Assembly: GCA_964645485.1 (NCBI GenBank)
Contig: CAZXZO010000003.1
Coordinates: 33,667 to 62,256 of the forward strand
Reading direction: 5' to 3'
DNA length: 28,590 bases
Source: an uncultured Candidatus Poseidoniales archaeon
GTDB lineage: Archaea > Thermoplasmatota > Poseidoniia > Poseidoniales > Thalassarchaeaceae
Shown here: in pieces, positions 17,961 to 26,573 of the stretch
Layout: each line of letters begins with the position of its first letter
Position numbering within the stretch: position 1 is the first letter of the stretch
The notes under the pieces: generated by a model
Seen by the model: the letters and a program-made list of their open reading frames with translations, nothing else
The model's database searches: none
What the model was told of the DNA's origin: nothing
Program-made: the position numbers and the translations under genes

Positions 17961-18665
17961 GCCCACTATCAATGCATGCTGGTCTTCCCAGCCCTTCAGA
18001 CGAATGACTTCTAGTACCTCCAAACCAGAAGCAACCATTGCATCAACCGCAGCAGAATAATGCTGCTCTGACCCGCCTTCCACATTTGGCTCGGATGCTG
18101 ACTTCAATGACAAAAGAGCAACGCCATTAGGCGCAAGAAAATTAACTACTGCTGAAAGAAAAAAATCTACTTGACCTGTTTGAGAAACATCTTGAAACAG
18201 CCAATCAACCCTACCATTCAACCACGGCCTCAATGTGTCGGGTTGTCTTGCATCTGCTAACACCGGTAAAATCCCTGGCCGTTTTTTTGCTAATGACACT
18301 AGGTCACGAATACACCGAGGTGCTACATCAACCGAAATTATTGAACCGCCCAAATAATTGCTCTCACCGCACATATGGTCGTGAAGATGGGAAATCGTAG
18401 TTCCATGACCTGCTCCCAAGTAAAGTACCTGACTACCCATTTTTGGTAAAAGTGAGGAGCGCTCGGATTTAGTACGCAGAATCCCTGCTCCCAATTTAGA
18501 ATGACGCGGTGACCAACTTCGGCATTCCGCCCCTCCTATTCTTCTCAATCCTTCACCACGCACACGGACTCCTGGGACTGCATTCCTAGTCCAAAGACCG
18601 CGGCCTTGAGTGAGTACATTTTCAGCCAAATAATCGGTTTTGCCATGACTTTTACGACCCAACAA
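17934..18665 (-). CDS. flpA: Fibrillarin-like rRNA/tRNA 2'-O-methyltransferase
   Basis: WSPRHSKLGAGI, VLYLGAGHGTTISHL, PVLADAR, FQDVSQ and SLKS motifs. TTG start after a GAGGTGA SD, 6 bp downstream of nop5. Confidence 0.9.
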   Translation of the reverse strand: MLGRKSHGKTDYLAENVLTQGRGLWTRNAVPGVRVRGEGLRRIGGAECRSWSPRHSKLGAGILRTKSERSSLLPKMGSQVLYLGAGHGTTISHLHDHMCGESNYLGGSIISVDVAPRCIRDLVSLAKKRPGILPVLADARQPDTLRPWLNGRVDWLFQDVSQTGQVDFFLSAVVNFLAPNGVALLSLKSASEPNVEGGSEQHYSAAVDAMVASGLEVLEVIRLKGWEDQHALIVGKSPPNWPC

Positions 18666-18671
18666 ATCACC

Positions 18672-19673
18672 TCATCTACGCGTTGGTTTAGGGTGCCTTT
18701 GGCGAATTTCTGTAACCTTTTGATCTATTTCTGCAACTTCGGACTCACCCCAAGGTTGTCCATTAAAAGCATCTAGACGTGCAGCAATAGAAACCTTTCC
18801 AGAAAGCATTCTAGCAACTTTTCCACGTGTCCAACGTGGTGAACGTGATACCCATGGATGCTGGAATAGATGTCCGTGTTTAGGAACCGGAATACCATCT
18901 CTGAGATGTAGAAAGAAACTTGTTTCTGCGCCGAGAACTTGTACTGTTCCTGATGGTAAACGAGCCAATCTCTCTCTGCCATTTGCTGTTGTTGACATTC
19001 TTGCTGCCAGTAATGGCCCAAGCACCGCTGATGTTGAAGGAAGGTGTTCAAGAGCAACTTCCCTTATCGCTGATTCAATCGTTTTCAAACGGTCTTCAAC
19101 CTCGACTACACCCCTTGCCCATTGTGAAAGAGCATTCCATTCCGCACTACTAATTCCAGTTGGGCTAGATATTGTTTGGAGATTATCTGCGGCATTTTCA
19201 AGTGAATCCGCCTTTGCAATTTCTATCGGAATTACATCTCGCTGGCTATCCAAATCGATTTCAGGAAGAAATAGACCTGCCCACTCAATTACTCTTGCTT
19301 CCAAGGTTGTCAGGGATGCTCGCATCTCATCACCAGCCCTAACCAGATGCTCGAGACGCCGGTCGGGGTCACTAGATGCAGCGGCTACCCCGGCCTTGGC
19401 AATTACCAACGTTGCTTCTTGTAGAAGTTCAGCCTCCTCATCTGAAAGATTAGGCCACCAACTTGGTGATAATTCATGCACGGGAGTTTCAACAGCCTCG
19501 GGAAATCGCTCCACCAAGCGCCTAGCCTCATCCGTTTTCCTACCTTTACTCAAAAGAGAAAGCCTGGATGCTACTGTTGCAGGATTGCGACCAGCATTCC
19601 AAATCGACTCATCAACAACTTCTCCCGCATCATCAAAGACACGGGCAAGGCGCCAATCCCAAGCAAGATGCAT
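18672..19673 (-). CDS. nop5: C/D box RNP subunit Nop5 (Nop56/58)
   Basis: LARLPSGTVQVLGAE, PKHGHLFQHP and RGKVARMLSGKVSIAARLD (Nop domain). ATG 19673 is preferred; the open frame extends to 19787, so the start is uncertain. Confidence 0.9.
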   Translation of the reverse strand: MHLAWDWRLARVFDDAGEVVDESIWNAGRNPATVASRLSLLSKGRKTDEARRLVERFPEAVETPVHELSPSWWPNLSDEEAELLQEATLVIAKAGVAAASSDPDRRLEHLVRAGDEMRASLTTLEARVIEWAGLFLPEIDLDSQRDVIPIEIAKADSLENAADNLQTISSPTGISSAEWNALSQWARGVVEVEDRLKTIESAIREVALEHLPSTSAVLGPLLAARMSTTANGRERLARLPSGTVQVLGAETSFFLHLRDGIPVPKHGHLFQHPWVSRSPRWTRGKVARMLSGKVSIAARLDAFNGQPWGESEVAEIDQKVTEIRQRHPKPTRR

Positions 19674-19806
19674 AGGTAGCCCAACAGGTCCCCCTTCAAA
19701 AGGAGAATCCCCTTTCCATACAAGAAATATTACATGACCGAAATAGGCCCTGAGATAACCATAGGGCGAATTATTCAGATTATTCAAAGAACCCTAGAGC
19801 GTGTTG

Positions 19807-19814
19807 CTTAAAAG
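19807..19814 (+). promoter_or_regulatory. Probable TATA box for tfs
   Basis: CTTAAAAG about 40 bp upstream of the inferred start, in the divergent nop5/tfs gap. Confidence 0.45.
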
Positions 19815-19852
19815 CGAATGAGCGTCCGCTACATCTATCGGAGTGTGATATC

Positions 19853-20212
19853 ATCTTCTGCCCAGATTGTGGAACCTTAGCCTTCCCCGGACCTGATGGA
19901 AATATCAAATGTCCAAATGGACGATGCAACTATGTTGGCCCTACTAAAGGTAAAGTGAAATTACAATCTGGTGTAGAGGTAGACACCTTAGATTCGGTCA
20001 CTTCCTCAGAAGTTAAAGATCTCAAACATCTTACAGAAGTAATAGATGATGCAGAGCAGCATCGGGGCGTCCTCACTCATGGGATGTATGTTTGTCCAAA
20101 ATGTGAGGAAATGGATATCTTTGCGGAACTAAAACAAACCCGTGCATCTGATGAACCAGAAACTAGAATCCTCACCTGTAAAGGATGTAGTCACGGCTGG
20201 CGTGAATATTGA
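19853..20212 (+). CDS. tfs: Transcription factor S (TFS/RpoM), probable non-AUG (ATC) start
   Basis: In-frame N-terminal Zn ribbon FCPDCG...CPNGRC lies upstream of the track's GTG 19955. C-terminal CPKC...QTRASDEPETRILTCKGC...WREY retains the acidic DE pair. Confidence 0.88.
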   Translation: MFCPDCGTLAFPGPDGNIKCPNGRCNYVGPTKGKVKLQSGVEVDTLDSVTSSEVKDLKHLTEVIDDAEQHRGVLTHGMYVCPKCEEMDIFAELKQTRASDEPETRILTCKGCSHGWREY

Positions 20213-20266
20213 TTTAGCCACCTTGCATACCGAGGCTTGAAAGAGGAGAGGCGAGAGGTGAAAGGG

Positions 20267-22123
20267 ATGATGCCGGCACCAAAGGGTGGGTCCCCTGCTG
20301 ATTTTTCCGATGGGACTTCGGAATCTGGTGACAAACAAATGCTTGGTCGCCAATTATGGCGCATATTCCCTTACATCAAGCCATATTGGAAACGATTTAC
20401 GCTTGGTATTGTTTCCAACATGGGGGCACGAATTTGTGACTTATTGCCTTTTGTTGCAATGGGATTATTGACCGATGCTGTGCTTTCGGGTGAAATCAAT
20501 CAACTTGAAGAATTTGCATTTTATGGAATACTAATTTTAGCCTCGTTCACAGGCCTTGCAATCTTCCAAGGAGTCTCAAATTATTCATGGGAAACATTAG
20601 CCCAATATCTCCAACATGATATCAGGATGGCAGCATTTAACTCTCTAATAAAGATGGAAATAAGATATTTTGAAGACCGGCAAACCGGGGATATTATGTC
20701 TATAATTTCCGCCGATGTCAATCAACTTGAGAACTTCCTTTCAGATGCATCCACCTCTATGATTAGAATTGTAATCACATTCTCAACTGCTTTGGCAATC
20801 CTTGTGTGGATGTCATGGAAACTTGCATTGATTCTATTCGTGCCAATTTTATTCATTCTGCCATTAATCTATTTCTTCTCAACACGTGTGCAAAAGAAGT
20901 ACAGAGAATCACGTCAATCTTTTGGAGACATAAATGCAGTTCTCTCAAACAATATTTCCGGAATGGGAGTAGTTCAGGCATACAATGCAGAATCTTACGA
21001 GTCTGACCGTGTAGGTAGAGAGTCGTCATCATACAAAGACCATGCAATTGGTGCTACAGTTCAGCGAACTAAATTCCTACCAGGGATTTACGTAATTGCT
21101 GGAGTCGCTTTTGGGCTCCTTGCAACTGCTGGTGGATACCTAATGCTTGAAGGGCCTTCACAAGGAGGAATTACCCCCGGCCAGTTTGTTACTTTCCTAT
21201 TGATGAGTACTAGAATGTCGATGCCATTATTTATCCTAGGAATGCTTGTTAATCAGATTCAGAAATCCGAAGCGAGTGCGCGCAGAGTGTTCGCCATGAT
21301 TGACCTAGAGCCATCAATTATTGACAAAGAAGGAGCCAAATCTTTGCAAGAACCTGCAAACTCAATCACGTTTGATGATGTTCACTTTGCCTATCCAAAT
21401 GGAAACAAAGTATTGAATGGCGTTTCATTTGAATTACATCGCAATCAAAGTGTAGGAATCGTTGGGCCTACGGGCGCTGGAAAATCAACGATTGTGAAGT
21501 TACTGCTCAGGTATTACGAAACCGATGGAGGGGCTATCTCAATGAATGGTTCAGACATTAATGAGTTAACACTTGGCTCAATCCGTGATCAAATAGGGTA
21601 TGTTAGTCAAGACGTGTACCTATTCCACGGCACTATCAAAGAAAACATCGCATATGCAGACCAAAATGCCAGTGATGCGGCAATTGAAGAGGCCGCCACG
21701 CTTGCGGGGGCTGACGAATTTATCCAAGAAGCACCGAATGGTTACGATACAATTGTTGGTGATAGAGGAGTGAAATTATCTGGCGGTCAGCGCCAACGAA
21801 TCTCGTTGGCACGGGCTATTCTTCGCCGCCCTCCCCTTTTGATTCTTGATGAAGCAACAAGTGCAGTTGATACACGTACCGAAGAAATCATTCAACGTAA
21901 TCTCAATCAATTCAAAGATGGTAGAATGACTGTTGCTGTTGCCCACCGACTCTCAACAATTCGAGATGCTGACCAAATTCTAGTATTGGTTGAAGGTGTA
22001 GTTGTGGAAAACGGTGCTCACGACGAACTTATCGCTCAAGACGGAGTTTATGCAGATTTGTGGGCTGTTCAAACCGGCGAACTTGACAAAACAACAGGTG
22101 AGGCTACTCGTCATGACGGCTGA
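20267..22123 (+). CDS. ABC exporter half-transporter (TMD+NBD, MsbA/MdlB-like)
   Basis: Six-TM region, Walker A GPTGAGKS, LSGGQRQR signature, ILDEATS and AHRL. ATG 20267 follows GAGGTGA. Confidence 0.93.
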   Translation: MMPAPKGGSPADFSDGTSESGDKQMLGRQLWRIFPYIKPYWKRFTLGIVSNMGARICDLLPFVAMGLLTDAVLSGEINQLEEFAFYGILILASFTGLAIFQGVSNYSWETLAQYLQHDIRMAAFNSLIKMEIRYFEDRQTGDIMSIISADVNQLENFLSDASTSMIRIVITFSTALAILVWMSWKLALILFVPILFILPLIYFFSTRVQKKYRESRQSFGDINAVLSNNISGMGVVQAYNAESYESDRVGRESSSYKDHAIGATVQRTKFLPGIYVIAGVAFGLLATAGGYLMLEGPSQGGITPGQFVTFLLMSTRMSMPLFILGMLVNQIQKSEASARRVFAMIDLEPSIIDKEGAKSLQEPANSITFDDVHFAYPNGNKVLNGVSFELHRNQSVGIVGPTGAGKSTIVKLLLRYYETDGGAISMNGSDINELTLGSIRDQIGYVSQDVYLFHGTIKENIAYADQNASDAAIEEAATLAGADEFIQEAPNGYDTIVGDRGVKLSGGQRQRISLARAILRRPPLLILDEATSAVDTRTEEIIQRNLNQFKDGRMTVAVAHRLSTIRDADQILVLVEGVVVENGAHDELIAQDGVYADLWAVQTGELDKTTGEATRHDG

Positions 22124-22862
22124 AAATAATGTTGAGTGGCTTACTGTTGAACCGGGTTCTGTTTGGCTTGGTAGTGATGATGGGCGCCTTTCTTTACACC
22201 CTGTAAAATACCACCCACGTCATGAAATCAAAATTGATTATACATTTGAAATTTCTAAAGACGCTTATCCTCTCAATGACTTGCTCAAACAAAGCGGCAT
22301 TGATAGAGAACAGTTTGAGCAACAAGGCCTGAGGCCGCCATCCGAAGGTGAATGGCTTCTTGCACACACGAAAGGATTAGTTGAACAGGGTGATGTACTA
22401 TGGGAAAAGTTAGCCGATGAGCGACCACGGTCAGGATTCTGGGGCCAGAGGTGTGATGGACAACCCCGAAAAACGAATTACAAAGTAAAACTAAAATTAA
22501 TGAAAAAGTGGGACGAACATGGCCACCATACAAGTTACCCCGCTGAAATACCCGAGCCTATGAGAGGCAAGGAAGCCACTCGACTTGTGCGAGCCCCCCA
22601 AGTAACGGACAAACCTCCAAGATTACCACTAGAGGATAAACTACCTTTCTTTATCCGTGAAATTCTGTTCACTCTTTTTGTTGGAATTATTCCTTCGATT
22701 TTGTGGGCCTACAATTTCGCATCCTCTGAATATTTATCCGGAAATTGGACCAACATCATTGGTGGTGGAATTTTCATCAGCCTTGCAAGTGGATTTATTT
22801 GGCGGCCAAAATCCAAATCTTATCGAGTTTCAAGTGACGGCACTTCAATGGAAAAAGTTTGA
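22113..22862 (+). CDS. Degenerate FGE/SUMF1-like domain protein with two C-terminal TM helices
   Basis: TVEPGSVWLGS...PRHEIKI...FEISK, GLRPPSEGEWLLA (cf. GxRLPTEAEWEYA) and VLWEKLAD (cf. NVWEW..D). ATG 22113 follows AGGTGAGG and overlaps the ABC gene end by 11 nt. Confidence 0.6.
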   Translation: MTAENNVEWLTVEPGSVWLGSDDGRLSLHPVKYHPRHEIKIDYTFEISKDAYPLNDLLKQSGIDREQFEQQGLRPPSEGEWLLAHTKGLVEQGDVLWEKLADERPRSGFWGQRCDGQPRKTNYKVKLKLMKKWDEHGHHTSYPAEIPEPMRGKEATRLVRAPQVTDKPPRLPLEDKLPFFIREILFTLFVGIIPSILWAYNFASSEYLSGNWTNIIGGGIFISLASGFIWRPKSKSYRVSSDGTSMEKV

Positions 22863-22863
22863 T

Positions 22864-23997
22864 TCAAGAACGGTCTTTGTCATCGACTTGCAGACCTGGT
22901 TTCTTAGAAACATAGATTCTCCACCACGCCTTGAGAACCCCTGTCCCGTAAGACCAGTGAAGTAGGAATGTCATCAGTGGAGCAACGAGAACTGTTGCAA
23001 AAGTTCTGCTTGGTGAGTTACCCTTTGCAGCCCCCGCCCAACAAAGCAACACATAGAGTGCCCCAAGACTAACCGGTAAGTGAACTGCAGTTCTAGGACA
23101 ACCAAAAGGAACAACTGATGGGGAAATATTCCAAAACTCTGGCCACGCTAACCCGCCACTCATAGCACCACAAACGAAGGCCCCAATACCAATGAGTGCG
23201 AGGATAGGGAATAATCCGACAGCTGTATGTGACCACGCCTTCATGCTAGGATGTACTTCACTTGCAAGAATTCTGACTAGGCCATAATTCTGAATTTGCT
23301 TTCGGACACGGGCTGGATTGCGTCGGCGGTGCCACATGATGGCTGAGCCATCAGTCCACAATTTGTATCCCGCTTGTTCAATGCGGTGATCGAGCATAGC
23401 ATCTTCGCAACCAATTGCTCCTTCATCAAAGCCGCCTACGGCGTCTAAAACCGACTTGCGATATGCGGCGTTGACGCCTGGAAGTTGCTCGGCTGACTCT
23501 AAGTCAGCCGTGCCTCTTTTGCCATAATTGGTACCAGCAGTCACCCATTTTGAACAAAATGTGACATCAATAACACGCTGCCAAAATGTTGAGCGCTCAT
23601 CAGCAGGAGCGAAGTTGGGGCCACCTACGCCTGCAACTTCTTCGCGCTCAAACCAGCGCACTAACTTCTCGACCCAATCAGATTCGACCCAGACGTCATC
23701 ATCAGTGAACATCACAATGTCGCAATCAACAGCAGCCAATGCCACATTGCACGCGTCCGCACGCGTGCGTGAACCCTCATCATCAATGAAACGGGCACCT
23801 TGTGACTCAGCAACTGCTTGGCCGGGGTCGCCACTTGGACCAACAACTACCACCTCGAAAGTTGCGCCAGAACTTCTCGCCTCATCACTTGGCCAAGTTT
23901 GATTTGCCAATCCATCAAGAGCAATACCCAATTCCTCAGCATTGCGTAAACTGGGGATAATAACGCATACACGCGAACCACCCACCTCACTGGCCAT
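22864..23997 (-). CDS. Family 2 glycosyltransferase with C-terminal membrane helices
   Basis: VIIPSLRN, VMFTDDD (DxD), GVNAAYRK, GGFDE, CEDAMLD and QIQNYG motifs. Confidence 0.9.
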   Translation of the reverse strand: MASEVGGSRVCVIIPSLRNAEELGIALDGLANQTWPSDEARSSGATFEVVVVGPSGDPGQAVAESQGARFIDDEGSRTRADACNVALAAVDCDIVMFTDDDVWVESDWVEKLVRWFEREEVAGVGGPNFAPADERSTFWQRVIDVTFCSKWVTAGTNYGKRGTADLESAEQLPGVNAAYRKSVLDAVGGFDEGAIGCEDAMLDHRIEQAGYKLWTDGSAIMWHRRRNPARVRKQIQNYGLVRILASEVHPSMKAWSHTAVGLFPILALIGIGAFVCGAMSGGLAWPEFWNISPSVVPFGCPRTAVHLPVSLGALYVLLCWAGAAKGNSPSRTFATVLVAPLMTFLLHWSYGTGVLKAWWRIYVSKKPGLQVDDKDRS

Positions 23998-24088
23998 GTC
24001 TGTCCGACCGGCACCCCCATTTCAAGGCTAATGTGCCAAAGTTCCACATAGCGAGAGATTGATATGGGAAGTATCTGTGGCCAAGAGT

Positions 24089-26476
24089 ATGAAATTGGCC
24101 CAAATCATAGTATTTCTAATGCTGCCACTGGCTGCTCTAAGCCCCCTACTAGAATCAATTGATGTTGAACTTGAGAATGAAAATACAGTAAACCCAGTAG
24201 GAAAAAACCCTATTGTCATTCACAACCCATATGTTAATTGGCAGTTTACTGCTGGAGATTTTGGCTCATTCAATGGCTCCCCCATGGCTGAAGAAATGCG
24301 TTCAGGTTGGGAAAATTCAAGTGAGGTAGACCGAGCAGAAGTGAATTGGGTCTCAGAGTTCCGGGCTGATTTACCCAGTGATGTCTACTGTTCATTCCCT
24401 GCTTATTCTGGGCTATGTCATCAAAATAGGCTGACATTTTGGATGAATGTCACTGCATACAATGACACCGATAATTCGGAAATGATTATGAATTATTCAA
24501 TGAATAATTTGGAGTTAATTCCAACCACCTACACTGGCTGGCATAAAGAAGAGAGAATTTCTCATTCGCGGATATGGATGAAGGAACAAGGCGGAAGTGA
24601 AGATATGTATCGCGGGACTAGTTGGGGGAATGAAACTATAGAAATCCTCCAAACTGGCTACCAAGACAACTTTACTGTTGGAGACATTTGGACTATTAAC
24701 TACAAAGAATGGAATAATTGGACGAGTGAGGAAAGTGGGGAATTTAATGCAGGAGGTGGTAACTGGGCCCCTAATCCTCCGTCCTCAGATTCTGGTAGTG
24801 AACACAATGAATTAAATGAAACCAGCAATGCTACAAGAGAAGTAACTATTCAGAGCCCTGGCTATAATTTAGCGGATAGTAGTGGAAGTGGGCCAACTTC
24901 AATTACCGGTATTGAGGTTGAATATTGGAATGAGGCAGGCGATATGGACGAGAGCGTAGTACTTGGTGAATGGGGGTATCCTATCTCTGTAAATAATATG
25001 GCACTCATGTCTTGGAAATTCTCAAATGGTGTATGGGTTGATGCAGATAATGATGGAGTTCGTGATTCAGATGATCTATGTCCTAACACACCTGCAGTAC
25101 ATACCGGATTAGATTCTGATGGGTGCTCTTGGGAACAGAGAGATGATGATAATGACGGGGTTTTGAACCCTGATGATAATTGCGCTGATACCGATGTTCT
25201 AACGATGACTGACCTTGATGCATATGGTTGTGCTTGGGAACAGAGAGATGATGACGGGGATTCAGTCCTCAATCCTGCAGACCGTTGTCCAGCAACACCT
25301 GCTAACGAAACCGCTGATACAGAACCACCATGGCAAGGCTGTTCTGCAAGTCAGAAAGATACTGACAATGACGGTGTTTCAGATGCGATGGACCAATGCC
25401 CTGGTCATAATGACAGCATTGACGTTGATGCTGATGGAATCCCAGATGGCTGCGACTCAATGATTGACAATGATGGAGATGGAGTCAACAATACTGCTGA
25501 CCTCTGCCCAGGCTTTGATGATGCTATTGATGTAGACCAAGATGGAGTTCCTGATGGTTGTGATGACATTGTTGATAGTGACTTTGATGGCGTCGCTGAT
25601 GCTAATGATGAATGCATGGGTTACGATGACGCAATTGATGTAGATCAAGATGGAATTGTTGATGGTTGTGATGCAATTATTGATTCAGATGGTGATGGAG
25701 TTGCCGATTCGTTCGAAGTTTGCCCTGGCCATGATGACAATGTTGATGTCGACGGCGATGGAATACCAGACGGCTGTGATGAATTAATTGATTCAGATGA
25801 TGACGGCGTTTCAGATGCAGATGATGCATGTGAAGGTCACGATGACAGCGTTGATGTTGATAGTGACGGGGTTGCTGATGGGTGTGATTCCCTCTTAGAT
25901 TCTGATGCCGATGGAATTGCAGATGCCGATGACAAATGTGAAGGCTATGATGACAATATTGATATTGATAATGACCAAATATCTGATGGCTGTGATACAC
26001 TTCTTGACAATGATGCAGACGGTATTGGCAATGAAAACGATGAGTGTGCCAACACACCAAGTGGAACTGAAATTGGTAGCAATGGTTGCGAAGTTCCTGC
26101 AGCTGGACTGGGCGGTGTTGCCCTTGCTTCTCCAATAATGATTGGTGGAATCCTAGGACTAGTAGGAGTTGTTGTGTTAGTAGTTGCTATTACAATCATG
26201 CGCAAAGGAAAAGACGAAGATGAACCGAGTGAATCCTATTTTGAAGAACCCCGAAGTAACTTACAATTTAGAGGAGCAGGAATGCCAACTAGAATGGAAT
26301 CATCACTTGATTCCCTGCCAACATCTGGCGCACCTGCATTAGAGTCCACACCACACCCATCACAAGTTGGGCAAATACAACCGGATGGGTACGAATATCT
26401 CGAACATCCACCTAACTCAGAAACTTGGTGGTTTCGAGACCAGCACACCAACCATTGGAAGAAATACCAGGGTTGA
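24089..26476 (+). CDS. Membrane-anchored surface protein with thrombospondin type-3 Ca-binding repeats
   Basis: Signal peptide; DxDxDG repeats at about 25040-26090, including six 36-aa units (25397-26044); C-terminal TM; cytoplasmic DGYEYLEHP...WWFRD tail. Confidence 0.9.
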   Translation: MKLAQIIVFLMLPLAALSPLLESIDVELENENTVNPVGKNPIVIHNPYVNWQFTAGDFGSFNGSPMAEEMRSGWENSSEVDRAEVNWVSEFRADLPSDVYCSFPAYSGLCHQNRLTFWMNVTAYNDTDNSEMIMNYSMNNLELIPTTYTGWHKEERISHSRIWMKEQGGSEDMYRGTSWGNETIEILQTGYQDNFTVGDIWTINYKEWNNWTSEESGEFNAGGGNWAPNPPSSDSGSEHNELNETSNATREVTIQSPGYNLADSSGSGPTSITGIEVEYWNEAGDMDESVVLGEWGYPISVNNMALMSWKFSNGVWVDADNDGVRDSDDLCPNTPAVHTGLDSDGCSWEQRDDDNDGVLNPDDNCADTDVLTMTDLDAYGCAWEQRDDDGDSVLNPADRCPATPANETADTEPPWQGCSASQKDTDNDGVSDAMDQCPGHNDSIDVDADGIPDGCDSMIDNDGDGVNNTADLCPGFDDAIDVDQDGVPDGCDDIVDSDFDGVADANDECMGYDDAIDVDQDGIVDGCDAIIDSDGDGVADSFEVCPGHDDNVDVDGDGIPDGCDELIDSDDDGVSDADDACEGHDDSVDVDSDGVADGCDSLLDSDADGIADADDKCEGYDDNIDIDNDQISDGCDTLLDNDADGIGNENDECANTPSGTEIGSNGCEVPAAGLGGVALASPIMIGGILGLVGVVVLVVAITIMRKGKDEDEPSESYFEEPRSNLQFRGAGMPTRMESSLDSLPTSGAPALESTPHPSQVGQIQPDGYEYLEHPPNSETWWFRDQHTNHWKKYQG

Positions 26477-26501
26477 GAAATTAATCCTAATCATCATAAT
26501 T

Positions 26502-26519
26502 TGACCCCCTTAGGGGTCA
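26502..26519. promoter_or_regulatory. 7-bp inverted repeat between the TSP3 gene and the next gene
   Basis: tgacccc-ctta-ggggtca; no U-tract follows. Confidence 0.4.
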
Positions 26520-26573
26520 GAACCCTATGCGCAAAGTTTTGAAGGGGGCTCCACATCTCAGCAATTGGTCAAT

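Noticed and set aside
17719-17964. CRISPR array
   Set aside because: Units are degenerate along their whole length with no constant-repeat/unique-spacer alternation; no cas genes.
24862-26205. Several antisense and alternative-frame ORFs inside the TSP3 gene
   Set aside because: Consequence of repetitive Asp-rich coding; no independent features.
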